From the IMG/VR virus record IMGVR_UViG_3300035703_000094, positions 1 through 62,646 of that record: DNA of 62,646 nucleotides. One strand, written 5' to 3'. Position numbers and translations under genes: made by a program. Under the pieces are notes generated by a model. That model was given only the letters and a program-made list of their open reading frames with translations, was not told where the DNA came from and ran no database searches. Positions 1 through 7,986 of the stretch are shown here, in pieces; positions within the stretch are counted from its first letter, which is position 1; every line of letters begins with the position of its first letter. This DNA comes from a virus (Duplodnaviria; Caudoviricetes).

Positions 1-90
1 AGATGATTATTGAGTTTCTCGAAGGAGAAGGAATGCAGCCGCCCAAAGTTGAAAAATGGGAAGAAATTTCTGGAACTTTCTTAGGGGAAG
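1..90. repeat. Terminal direct repeat, copy 1 (circular assembly overlap)
   Basis: Bases 1-90 are identical to 62557-62646, and an ORF reads through the join. Confidence 0.95.
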
Positions 91-146
91 GCTTTAAGGT
101 TATGAAGATAGTAAGCGAGTGGGAGCCAGAAGATGAAGCGCAGTGA
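1..146 (+). CDS. MKRSEM-family protein B, 3' part (gene starts at 62475 and crosses the junction)
   Basis: Frame from the ATG at 3 reads MIIEFLEGEGMQPP...SEWEPEDEAQ, stop at 144-146; continues the ORF from 62475. Confidence 0.85.
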   Translation, partial: MIIEFLEGEGMQPPKVEKWEEISGTFLGEGFKVMKIVSEWEPEDEAQ

Positions 147-372
147 GATGAAAGCAAGGCTGGCTCAGACTATCCATGACTATCAGTGGAGCAGTACCGC
201 CGACGAGTTTGCGGACCATCTGTTGAACTTCCTTGAGCAGCAGGGCATGCTTCCCCCGGAAACAATAGTCGTAGTAGACTGGTCCCGCTGGGACCCAGAG
301 AAGAAAGAATGGTATCCGAGCAAGGAAAGAATCCACTCAAACAAATGGGAGGCCGAAGATGAAACGCAGTGA
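133..372 (+). CDS. MKRSEM-family small protein C
   Basis: Anchors MKRSEM, FLEQQGMLPP, WEAEDE; GGGAG upstream. Confidence 0.88.
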   Translation: MKRSEMKARLAQTIHDYQWSSTADEFADHLLNFLEQQGMLPPETIVVVDWSRWDPEKKEWYPSKERIHSNKWEAEDETQ

Positions 373-565
373 AATGATTAGACGCTTACAAAAGAAATTT
401 TATTTTGACTCGGAAGACATCGCAGACCTTGCCGACGAAATTATCGACTTTCTTGTTAGCCAAGGCATGCAGCCGCCGCCTTACACGTTCAAGCACGAGG
501 TCGTGAACCCCGATACAGTCAAAACAATAAGTGTCACCAATTACGAGTGGGAGGACGAGGAATGA
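359..565 (+). CDS. MKRSEM-family small protein D
   Basis: Anchors MKRSEM, FLVSQGMQPP, WEDEE; GGGAGG upstream. Confidence 0.88.
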   Translation: MKRSEMIRRLQKKFYFDSEDIADLADEIIDFLVSQGMQPPPYTFKHEVVNPDTVKTISVTNYEWEDEE

Positions 566-798
566 AACGCAGTGAAATGATAGCAAAGTTAAGGGATTAC
601 TTTTTTGGTGAAGAAGTGAGACCTGAAAATTTTTGTGGATTTTCAAACAAATTCATTGAAGATTTTTCAGATTCAATTTTGACCTTTCTCGAAAGCCAAG
701 GCATGCGGCCACCATTGCCACAACCTGTAAAAATAATTGTAGAAAAAGACGAACCGCTCGGTATACAACCCACCGACATATGGGAACCAGAGGAGTGA
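562..798 (+). CDS. MKRSEM-family small protein E
   Basis: Start moved to ATG 562 (ATGA overlap with D); anchors MKRSEM, FLESQGMRPP, WEPEE. Confidence 0.88.
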   Translation: MKRSEMIAKLRDYFFGEEVRPENFCGFSNKFIEDFSDSILTFLESQGMRPPLPQPVKIIVEKDEPLGIQPTDIWEPEE

Positions 799-801
799 AA
801 T

Positions 802-1107
802 ATGAAACCCGAGTTATCCAAAGAAATGAGAGAACTGATAGAAGAGATAACCGACGAGTTTGACTTCGAGATAGTTCACCGCACCATGAAAGCACTCGAA
901 TGGACTTGGCATGGCTCAGTCGAGTCGCCGAGCATCGGTGACCTGCGCCGCATGGCAAGAGGACTGTTGCAGGAACTACTCAAGGATAACAACCAATGCG
1001 TTGGCACGGGTGGGCTGTATGCCTACAAGGAAGACGGTCTGGTGGGACTGCGCTTTGTGGTCACGCACTACGAGGTAGAGAAGGAGCCGGCATGCAAGTC
1101 TACATAG
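802..1107 (+). CDS. Hypothetical phage protein
   Basis: GAGGAG Shine-Dalgarno; tightly packed in the operon. Confidence 0.8.
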   Translation: MKPELSKEMRELIEEITDEFDFEIVHRTMKALEWTWHGSVESPSIGDLRRMARGLLQELLKDNNQCVGTGGLYAYKEDGLVGLRFVVTHYEVEKEPACKST

Positions 1108-1256
1108 TTACATTCGATGCGAAAGTTACAGACGACTACGTATTTACCGACTACGAGCAGGCAAGGCAGCGCCTCGAAGAGTTTCGAGCAGACGATAAGG
1201 AAGACGCAGACTTGTACGAGCTGGGGGTGTTCAAGCTAGTAGGAGAACCGCAATGA
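1092..1256 (+). CDS. Small acidic hypothetical protein
   Basis: AAGGAG before ATG 1092; ATGA overlap with the next gene. Confidence 0.7.
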   Translation: MQVYIVTFDAKVTDDYVFTDYEQARQRLEEFRADDKEDADLYELGVFKLVGEPQ

Positions 1257-1591
1257 AAGCAGTTTACAAATTAAGTTACATGACTATAGACGGCATCGGT
1301 TACTTCGAGCCGGAAGATAAGATGACCTACGACGAGGCTGTGGAGTGGGCAAAGATACGCGGCTTGCGCCTCTTGACTCGTGGTGAGTGGTGCGACCTTT
1401 TTGACCACAAGGAAGAGTTTAGGGAAAGCTGCGAAGATAAACTCTATTGGACGGCCTCGCCACATCTTAATAAAGAAGATTTCGCGTGGTACTTTATTGG
1501 CAAACACGGAATCATGAACTATGATAGTAAGAAGTTTTTTGGTGTAATCCGCGCCGTACTAGCAGAGCCGGATGGTCATCATAATTACTGA
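1253..1591 (+). CDS. Lcl/DUF1566-like C-type-lectin-fold protein
   Basis: MTYDEAVEWA..GLRLLTRGEW and YWTAS...AWYF...G.......K.....IRAV match the DUF1566 pattern. Confidence 0.7.
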   Translation: MKAVYKLSYMTIDGIGYFEPEDKMTYDEAVEWAKIRGLRLLTRGEWCDLFDHKEEFRESCEDKLYWTASPHLNKEDFAWYFIGKHGIMNYDSKKFFGVIRAVLAEPDGHHNY

Positions 1592-1638
1592 AACAAAATG
1601 TCGTCAGTCAGCAATAAGTACCTACAGAAAGGAACGTT

Positions 1639-1869
1639 ATGAATGTAAATTTTAGCATCGAATGTAGTCTAACAATCGGACATTACGACTTCGAGGCGAG
1701 CTTTTGGCTCAAGGATTGGCGACTCGCAGCAGAGACACACTCAGGCAATGCCTTCAGGGTTCTGCAGATAGGCCCGCTCGCTTTTAGTGTAATGAACCTG
1801 AAGAGACTCAAGGAACTATATGGCAGCAAGCCACAGCCAGCGTCTCTTGACGACCTTATTGACAAGTAA
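1639..1869 (+). CDS. Hypothetical protein, paralog of 4430-4783
   Basis: AAAGGA Shine-Dalgarno; ungapped similarity to 4430-4783. Confidence 0.75.
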   Translation: MNVNFSIECSLTIGHYDFEASFWLKDWRLAAETHSGNAFRVLQIGPLAFSVMNLKRLKELYGSKPQPASLDDLIDK

Positions 1870-1879
1870 GGAGCGTGGC

Positions 1880-2098
1880 ATGGATAAGAAAGCAGACACG
1901 GAAGACTGGTTAATGGTTGAGTATTACAGGAAAATAAGAAGTAAGTACGGTTGTAAGATGTGTGAGAAAACACACTTTACAAAGGATTGCAAATATCTTA
2001 AAGAAAGAGATGACCCAAAAAAGAAATCAGAAGAATTCAGTTACACAAAGATGTATTCAGCATACGAACAAGCGGAGGAAGAAACGTATGGCTGGTGA
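1880..2098 (+). CDS. Small zinc-knuckle-like protein
   Basis: AAGGAG before ATG 1880; CKMCEKTHFTKDC is C-x2-C-x3-H-x4-C. Confidence 0.65.
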   Translation: MDKKADTEDWLMVEYYRKIRSKYGCKMCEKTHFTKDCKYLKERDDPKKKSEEFSYTKMYSAYEQAEEETYGW

Positions 2099-2208
2099 TA
2101 GACCGCATAAATTTGCTGGCTTTTGGATTTGGAAACAAGAAATGGACAGGCATGAACTGTGGCCGCGCATGAGTAAAACGATGGCCTCACGACATCTGGA
2201 GACACGTA

Positions 2209-4467
2209 ATGAGACACACACTAGAGAACCCTCTGGCAATAATCAGAGCCAAGAATCTTCCGCCCCGAGGAGAGCCTTCGTTCCTTCCTCTCTCAGAACT
2301 GACCGACCTAGTAGTTGACCACAAGGATTGTGAGCACATCATTGACCTTGAGACACGGGGCACTGACCCGCTTGCCCCGGAAGCGCAGGTCGTAGGCATC
2401 GGTGTCTCCTCGCATTGGGGTACCTTCTACGCAGAGACGCACGACAAGGATGCCTGGCATCACTTCCTCGTACGTACCCATCAGGAGCACGTACCGCTGC
2501 TTGCACACAACGTAGTCTTCGATGCTGCATGGATTGCGGCAGAGTTTGCCCGGTCACAGCAGAGGGCTGACGGCTGGATGTATGCACCCGATTTCCACAA
2601 CTGGCGCATGTGTACCTATGCTGCCTACCGTTGGCTTGCCTGTGAGGGATTCCTCGGCCAGAAGTATGGCCTCAAGCAAGCCATGGTTGAGTTGCTCGGC
2701 TGGGAAGAGAGTAACGAGGGTGAGCTAGACCAATGGCTCATCGACAACGGCTATGCCATGCCACATGGCGGGGCTGACAAGTCACAGATGTGGCGTGCCC
2801 CCTCGGAGATACTAGGCAAGTACTGCTGGTACGATGCCGAGGCTACCTACCTTATCTGGACTGAGATACTCAAGCCAAAGATGGACAAGTTCTCAATCTT
2901 CGAGAAGTACGCAGAAGCGTTCATGTGCCTTGTAGAGCACGTTATCTGGCAGAAGCTGCGCGGTATTCACATTGACCGTGACCAACTGCAGAACTATCAA
3001 CATCATTTAGTCAATACTTGTCAGTCACTTGCAGAGACGTTCATCGCAGCACCCAATGTTAATCAGTGTGTGACACAATTTAACCTAAAGGTTATAGAAG
3101 AACAGGCTGCCAAGGAACCCAACAAGTTCAAGAAAGTGCCTGAGCTGGGACAAGAACCGAAGAAGTACACCAAGGATGGTAAGCTGTCGAAATCGTGGGA
3201 GAAGTGGGATGAGAAACGTCAGCAGTTGGAAAATCATGTACCAGAAATTACCATTCCTTGGAAAAAATGGCACGAAAAATACACAACCCTGTCCGAAGTT
3301 GGCACCAAAGACCCACTTTCTCCAGACGCTAAAGACCTGGGTTTGTTTAATCTGGATTCGGCTAAGCATAAGCAGTGGCTTTTCTATGAGGGACTGAAGT
3401 ATGAAGCGACGATGTTCACTGACAATGAGGAAAACCCACAGCCTGCGGTCGATGAAGATGCCCTGCGTATGCTTGTCCCGCATGGCCCTATGCTCATCGA
3501 GTATAATGAAAGGAACAAGATACTCAGCATGGTGGAGGGCTGTCTCTCCAAGATGCGAGGTAACCTATTGCACGTGGGACTTAAATGTCCTGGCACGTAC
3601 ACGGGCAGGCTTGGGGGTGCGGATGGGCTGAACGTACAGAACGTGCCCAAGGATGCAGGATACCTTAGCTGCTGGAAACCCAGCCCGGGATACAAGCTGG
3701 TGACCTTTGATATAAGTGCACTGGAACCACACGTGCTTGCCCTTGCGTCCGGCGACCCTACACTCCTGCGTATCTACGGCCCGCAGTCTACCGGCTGGGA
3801 TGACATCTACCTGAGCGTAGGCTCGCAGCTGGGCGGGGAAGTGGAGGACCGCATTCGGTCGGCAGGCTATGACCCGTTTACCAACACTAAGGAATCAGTG
3901 GGCAAGGCTAAGAAGGAGGCTAAGCATGCTCGTCAAATTGCTAAGGTTATTCATCTGGCTGCAAGCTACGGGGCTTCTGCGAACAAGATTAGGCAGGCGC
4001 TTGGTCTGCAAGGAATTGAAGTCTCTTCTCAGCAAGCGAAAAGCATGCACGAAAAGTACTGGAAGCTGTTCGCCCAAGTCAAAGCCTACGAGCAATTCCT
4101 CGTCGCCCAATGGGAACGGACAGGCGGATGGTTCCTGAATCCATTCGGTCGGCCCATCTGTGTGGCTCAGGACTACGTGCGTGACATCATCAATCGCTCC
4201 ATACAGAGTGCAGGACACGATTGCTTCATCGTCTTTCTGGCTGTGATGGTTGAAGTCTTGCGCAAACGTGAGATTGAGTATGCACCTTACATCTGGGACA
4301 TCCATGACTGTGTTATGTTTGAAGTTCCTGAAAGACAGGCCGAACAAGTCAAGAAAATTCTTGACGCAGAAGTATTGGAAGAGGTAAATTTTTTACTAGA
4401 CGGACAGGTAAAACTAAAAGGAGCAGCCAATGTCGTCAACAATTGGTGGGAAGATAAGCAAGAGTGA
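2209..4467 (+). CDS. polA: Family A DNA polymerase with 3'-5' exonuclease
   Basis: Exonuclease motifs DLETRG, HNVVFD, YCWYD; polymerase motifs DISALE, RQIAKVIHLAASYG, IHD; TYTGRL. Confidence 0.96.
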   Translation: MRHTLENPLAIIRAKNLPPRGEPSFLPLSELTDLVVDHKDCEHIIDLETRGTDPLAPEAQVVGIGVSSHWGTFYAETHDKDAWHHFLVRTHQEHVPLLAHNVVFDAAWIAAEFARSQQRADGWMYAPDFHNWRMCTYAAYRWLACEGFLGQKYGLKQAMVELLGWEESNEGELDQWLIDNGYAMPHGGADKSQMWRAPSEILGKYCWYDAEATYLIWTEILKPKMDKFSIFEKYAEAFMCLVEHVIWQKLRGIHIDRDQLQNYQHHLVNTCQSLAETFIAAPNVNQCVTQFNLKVIEEQAAKEPNKFKKVPELGQEPKKYTKDGKLSKSWEKWDEKRQQLENHVPEITIPWKKWHEKYTTLSEVGTKDPLSPDAKDLGLFNLDSAKHKQWLFYEGLKYEATMFTDNEENPQPAVDEDALRMLVPHGPMLIEYNERNKILSMVEGCLSKMRGNLLHVGLKCPGTYTGRLGGADGLNVQNVPKDAGYLSCWKPSPGYKLVTFDISALEPHVLALASGDPTLLRIYGPQSTGWDDIYLSVGSQLGGEVEDRIRSAGYDPFTNTKESVGKAKKEAKHARQIAKVIHLAASYGASANKIRQALGLQGIEVSSQQAKSMHEKYWKLFAQVKAYEQFLVAQWERTGGWFLNPFGRPICVAQDYVRDIINRSIQSAGHDCFIVFLAVMVEVLRKREIEYAPYIWDIHDCVMFEVPERQAEQVKKILDAEVLEEVNFLLDGQVKLKGAANVVNNWWEDKQE
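4361..4390 (+). promoter_or_regulatory. Possible sigma70 promoter in the polA 3' end
   Basis: TTGACG-18-TAAATT; the -35 lies in the inverted repeat gtcaagaa-aa-ttcttgac. Confidence 0.35.
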
Positions 4468-4783
4468 GAAGCAATTTAGTCACATTGTGCAGGCCGAACT
4501 GCGACTGACCTATGCCGTCCATTACAAAGGCAAAGAATACTTGGCGGAGATTGACCTGACCCGTTGGAAGATTACGACACGCCACCAACCGGAGATTGGC
4601 TTTTTTTGCTGGCTCTTTGGCCCGTTTAAGGTTGCCAAGATGGACCGCGCAGTCTACGATGCTTTCCTTGACCAAAAGATTGAAAAGATTTTTGGCAATA
4701 TCGGAGAGGCTCTGGATGACAGAATCGAAAAGATGGACCGAGTTGCACCGCAGGATGTGCCACCAGCAGACAAGTTGAACTGA
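4430..4783 (+). CDS. Hypothetical protein, paralog of 1639-1869
   Basis: AAGGAG Shine-Dalgarno; shares A..L..W..F..GP..M and LDDxIxK with 1639-1869. Confidence 0.8.
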   Translation: MSSTIGGKISKSEKQFSHIVQAELRLTYAVHYKGKEYLAEIDLTRWKITTRHQPEIGFFCWLFGPFKVAKMDRAVYDAFLDQKIEKIFGNIGEALDDRIEKMDRVAPQDVPPADKLN

Positions 4784-4791
4784 GGTGCAGT

Positions 4792-5340
4792 GTGCCAAGG
4801 AAGGACCGTAAGAGTAAGTTCTCCATCGAGGCAAAGCGGCTGGCTACTTCCATACGTGAGGGCCGGGTACTTTGTATCGACCCTGCCTCTGGCGGTAGCC
4901 TTCCTGGGTATGCGCTGTTCGAGAAGTCTGCTTGGATTGAGTCGGGCGAGATTCAGTTGAGCAAACGGAAACAGATGCCACATCACCGCTACAGGCAGAT
5001 ACTCTTTGAACTACAAAACAATCCAGACCTTTTTGCAAACATTGATGTGCTGTGCATAGAATTCATTCCGCCCTTCATGTCTGGCTTTGGTGGCGGAGGA
5101 TTCCGTACTCAGGGTGTGGTTAATCTGCACCGCTCGGTCGGTCTATTCATGGCGGGAATAGAATCGAAAAGTCTTATTGAAATACCCAGCACGACGTGGC
5201 ATGCTTGGGTACGCGAACACGTCAAAAACTACGAGAAGTCGGACATGAAAGATGCCACCGTCATGGGACTCACCTTGTTCCACCATGCCGGACAGAAGCT
5301 GCTGAATGAGAGCGAGGTACTTGAAATTGTTGGAGGGTAA
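4792..5340 (+). CDS. RuvC-like Holliday junction resolvase
   Basis: VLCIDP, LCIE and DMKDA acidic motifs of the RNase H fold. Confidence 0.75.
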   Translation: MPRKDRKSKFSIEAKRLATSIREGRVLCIDPASGGSLPGYALFEKSAWIESGEIQLSKRKQMPHHRYRQILFELQNNPDLFANIDVLCIEFIPPFMSGFGGGGFRTQGVVNLHRSVGLFMAGIESKSLIEIPSTTWHAWVREHVKNYEKSDMKDATVMGLTLFHHAGQKLLNESEVLEIVGG

Positions 5341-5343
5341 CAC

Positions 5344-6798
5344 ATGCGTATTCTTGAAGTATTTAGAGGAACCCCCAGAGATTGCCAGACGCAGGCTCTC
5401 CGAGAAATAGAATCCTCTTGGGACGAGGCCGACATCTTTGTCCTCTCTGCGCCTACTGCAGCAGGCAAGACGAAGATGATGACCACCATTGCACGTTGGG
5501 CTAACCAGCAATACAAAATGCAGGCCACCATACTCGTACCTAACAACGTGCTGCTCGACCAAGTGGTAGACACCGAAAAGATTTTTTCGCTACGTGGCAT
5601 GGACCACTACAAGTGCGAGGCCGGGCAACGCGAGGAACCAATGAGTTGTGCTGAGCGTAAGAGAATAATGGGAGAGACCTGTGGAAATTGCGTTTACCGA
5701 CAAAGGGTTCGGCAAGTCCACAAGGTCCCATATCGGGTAGCTAATTATTACACCTACTTGGCCCATCGACTCTACTCCCCTGTCGTGTTGGTCGATGAAG
5801 CGCATCTGCTCGTGAACATGGCCCGGGAATTGGCAGCCCGGCATATCTGGGTGGATGACATACTCCTGAAGAACGGTGACCAAGTCAGACTACCCCTGTC
5901 AGTCGATACCTACGAGAAGCTGCTCAACTGGATTTCAGGAAAAGAGTTCCGTAGCAAGGCGTGGCAGCAGCTGAGAGAGGAGCTGGCTACCGGACGTATG
6001 CGCTACCTCGTCGAACGCCGTGACAAGCCTTATAGGGGCCGATTCAGGGATTGCCTATCTTTGCTCCCTCTGGACACGTCTCACGAGGAAAAGGTCAGCG
6101 TTCTATGGCCTACCAAGAAGGTCAAGAAGGTGTTCCTGTTCAGCGGTACTATTAGCCGGCTGGAAGTGGAGCAGCTTGCACTTGCAGGCAAGCGTGTAAA
6201 GTTCATCACTGTACAAAGTCCCATCGAGGCGAAGCGTAGGCCCATCATCGCGGATGCTGCTTACAACATGACCTTCCCGGTAGCAGACAAGGAACTGGAC
6301 AGGATGGCTGAGCACATCACTACCATAGCCAACCGCAATGCACGCACCAAGATGCTCGTCCATATTCCCTATGCCCTGTCTACCCGCCTGATGCCCCTGC
6401 TTCAGGAGAGGCTAGGTGAGCGTGTAATAGGACACGCTAGGGAAAACAAACAGGAAGTGGTTGACTACTTCAAGGCTGCAGAAGAACCACTCGTGCTACT
6501 TGGTTCCGGCCTCTACGAGGGGCTGGACCTCTACGGGGATGATTACCAAGTTCAGGTTATCTGCAAGGTACCCTGGCCATTCTTAGGTGAGCCCGCGTGG
6601 AAGTTCATTGCCGACACGTTTCCAGAACGCTACGCATGGCAGGCCATACAGCAAGTCGTGCAGGCGGCAGGTCGTATCTGTCGTGGCCCGGATGACTATG
6701 GAGAAACATTTATTCTTGACCGGAGTTTTCGCAGGCTGTACACTCAGCACGAATCTCTATTCCCTAAATACTTTACCGATGCAGTGAGTTTCACATGA
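5344..6798 (+). CDS. DinG/Rad3-family SF2 helicase
   Basis: APTAAGKT, DEAH, SGT, EGLD, QAAGRICRGPDDYG..FILDRSF; four Cys in the Fe-S region. Confidence 0.9.
   Translation: MRILEVFRGTPRDCQTQALREIESSWDEADIFVLSAPTAAGKTKMMTTIARWANQQYKMQATILVPNNVLLDQVVDTEKIFSLRGMDHYKCEAGQREEPMSCAERKRIMGETCGNCVYRQRVRQVHKVPYRVANYYTYLAHRLYSPVVLVDEAHLLVNMARELAARHIWVDDILLKNGDQVRLPLSVDTYEKLLNWISGKEFRSKAWQQLREELATGRMRYLVERRDKPYRGRFRDCLSLLPLDTSHEEKVSVLWPTKKVKKVFLFSGTISRLEVEQLALAGKRVKFITVQSPIEAKRRPIIADAAYNMTFPVADKELDRMAEHITTIANRNARTKMLVHIPYALSTRLMPLLQERLGERVIGHARENKQEVVDYFKAAEEPLVLLGSGLYEGLDLYGDDYQVQVICKVPWPFLGEPAWKFIADTFPERYAWQAIQQVVQAAGRICRGPDDYGETFILDRSFRRLYTQHESLFPKYFTDAVSFT
6716..6744 (+). promoter_or_regulatory. Possible sigma70 promoter in the helicase 3' end
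   Basis: TTGACC-17-TACACT about 50 bp before the next start. Confidence 0.4.
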
Positions 6799-7271
6799 AA
6801 GTCTATGGATGGAAAGAACAACTCAAGATAGGCGAAGAAGGAGAGGAGCGTTTCAAAATGATGTGGTGGGCTATTCACAACGAACAGCTCATCAAAGCAC
6901 CAACACGTGACTTCGACTTTCTGACCCCTAACGGTGAAGCCCTCGAACTCAAGTCAGACAACTATGACCCAGCCAAGACGCCAAACTTTTTCTTCGAGCG
7001 TTTCTCTGTACTTGCTCAAAAGAAACCCGGTGGTCCTTGGCAATCCTGGGAGAAGGGTGCTCAAATATTTGTCTACCAATTCCTGCGCACAGACGAGGCA
7101 TACATCTTCAGGGATATACCGCAACTCATCGAACGCATTGACTACATCGTACACGAGCATGCACTCAAGCCACGTAAGGTAGCCAACCGCACATACTTCG
7201 CATCCGGCTATGCCATTGAGCGCGAGCTATTCAAAGACCTCTATGAGTACATCCGGCTGGAGGTGCCATGA
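6795..7271 (+). CDS. PD-(D/E)xK-like nuclease
   Basis: GEEGE...DFDF...ELKSD pattern. Confidence 0.6.
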   Translation: MKVYGWKEQLKIGEEGEERFKMMWWAIHNEQLIKAPTRDFDFLTPNGEALELKSDNYDPAKTPNFFFERFSVLAQKKPGGPWQSWEKGAQIFVYQFLRTDEAYIFRDIPQLIERIDYIVHEHALKPRKVANRTYFASGYAIERELFKDLYEYIRLEVP

Positions 7272-7492
7272 GTTCAGAGAATCCGATTTGGACATTGCCC
7301 GAAGGTCGTGAATATGCAGTTGAAATGTGGATAGGAAATGAGTGGAAACGGCGTGAGGAATATTCCACAATTAAAGCAATGAAGGACATGGCACAAGCAA
7401 TTCAGCAAGTACCAATTCTGCGTGTTGTCAGAGTAAGTCGCTATCCACCACATCCAGCACAGGCAGTCGTTTACTATTTGGAGAGAGACTAA
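7268..7492 (+). CDS. Hypothetical protein
   Basis: GGAGG Shine-Dalgarno; overlaps both neighbours. Confidence 0.7.
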   Translation: MSSENPIWTLPEGREYAVEMWIGNEWKRREEYSTIKAMKDMAQAIQQVPILRVVRVSRYPPHPAQAVVYYLERD

Positions 7493-7986
7493 TGACTATT
7501 CTACTAAAGTTTTGGCGTGAGATACTTATTGCTATCCTTGGCTTGGCTGTCTACTTGCAGCACAAATACAAGCCTGTCTGCGAGCCACCAAAGACAGAGG
7601 TCGTAGTGCAAGAGAAAGTCGTCTATAAAGACAAGATTATTTACAAGGACAAAGTCATCTACAAAGACCGCGTCATCACAAAGCCGGACGGTACGAAGAT
7701 TGAGGAGCGCACCCGTACCGAGGAAACAAGTCAGACCGAGGAAAAGAAGCGCAAGGAAGATAAGAAAGTTGAAATTAAGATTCCTGTTAATCCACCTAAG
7801 AGCAAGCATATTAGCATTGCGCTTGACCCTTTGGCAAAGTTTAGGGACAATGAGTACGTGGCTATCCTGGGCGGTGGTCTGAGGCTAGGGAATACACCCT
7901 TCTTCTTGACCATCAATCCTAACATTAACTTGAGCAAACCGAGATTGGAGAACCTGTTCATCGGTATAACATGGGAGATTGAGTGA
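7492..7986 (+). CDS. Membrane-anchored protein, spanin-like candidate
   Basis: N-terminal hydrophobic helix, YKDK repeats, charged stalk, amphipathic beta-strand C-terminus. Confidence 0.5.
   Translation: MTILLKFWREILIAILGLAVYLQHKYKPVCEPPKTEVVVQEKVVYKDKIIYKDKVIYKDRVITKPDGTKIEERTRTEETSQTEEKKRKEDKKVEIKIPVNPPKSKHISIALDPLAKFRDNEYVAILGGGLRLGNTPFFLTINPNINLSKPRLENLFIGITWEIE

Noticed and set aside
1-90. Physical direct terminal repeat of the virion DNA
   Set aside because: It falls inside a coding sequence and is better explained as assembler overlap.
1253-1591. Complete diversity-generating retroelement
   Set aside because: No reverse transcriptase and no template repeat found; the NNAWKVFN stretch near 53262 is ordinary DUF932 coding sequence.
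1962-2318. 118-aa ORF upstream of polA
   Set aside because: Overlaps two better-supported genes in other frames; at most a short peptide fills 2099-2208.
5344-6798. Type IV-A CRISPR system (DinG plus Cas4-like)
   Set aside because: No repeat-spacer array or csf/cas6 genes; both genes sit in a normal phage replication context.
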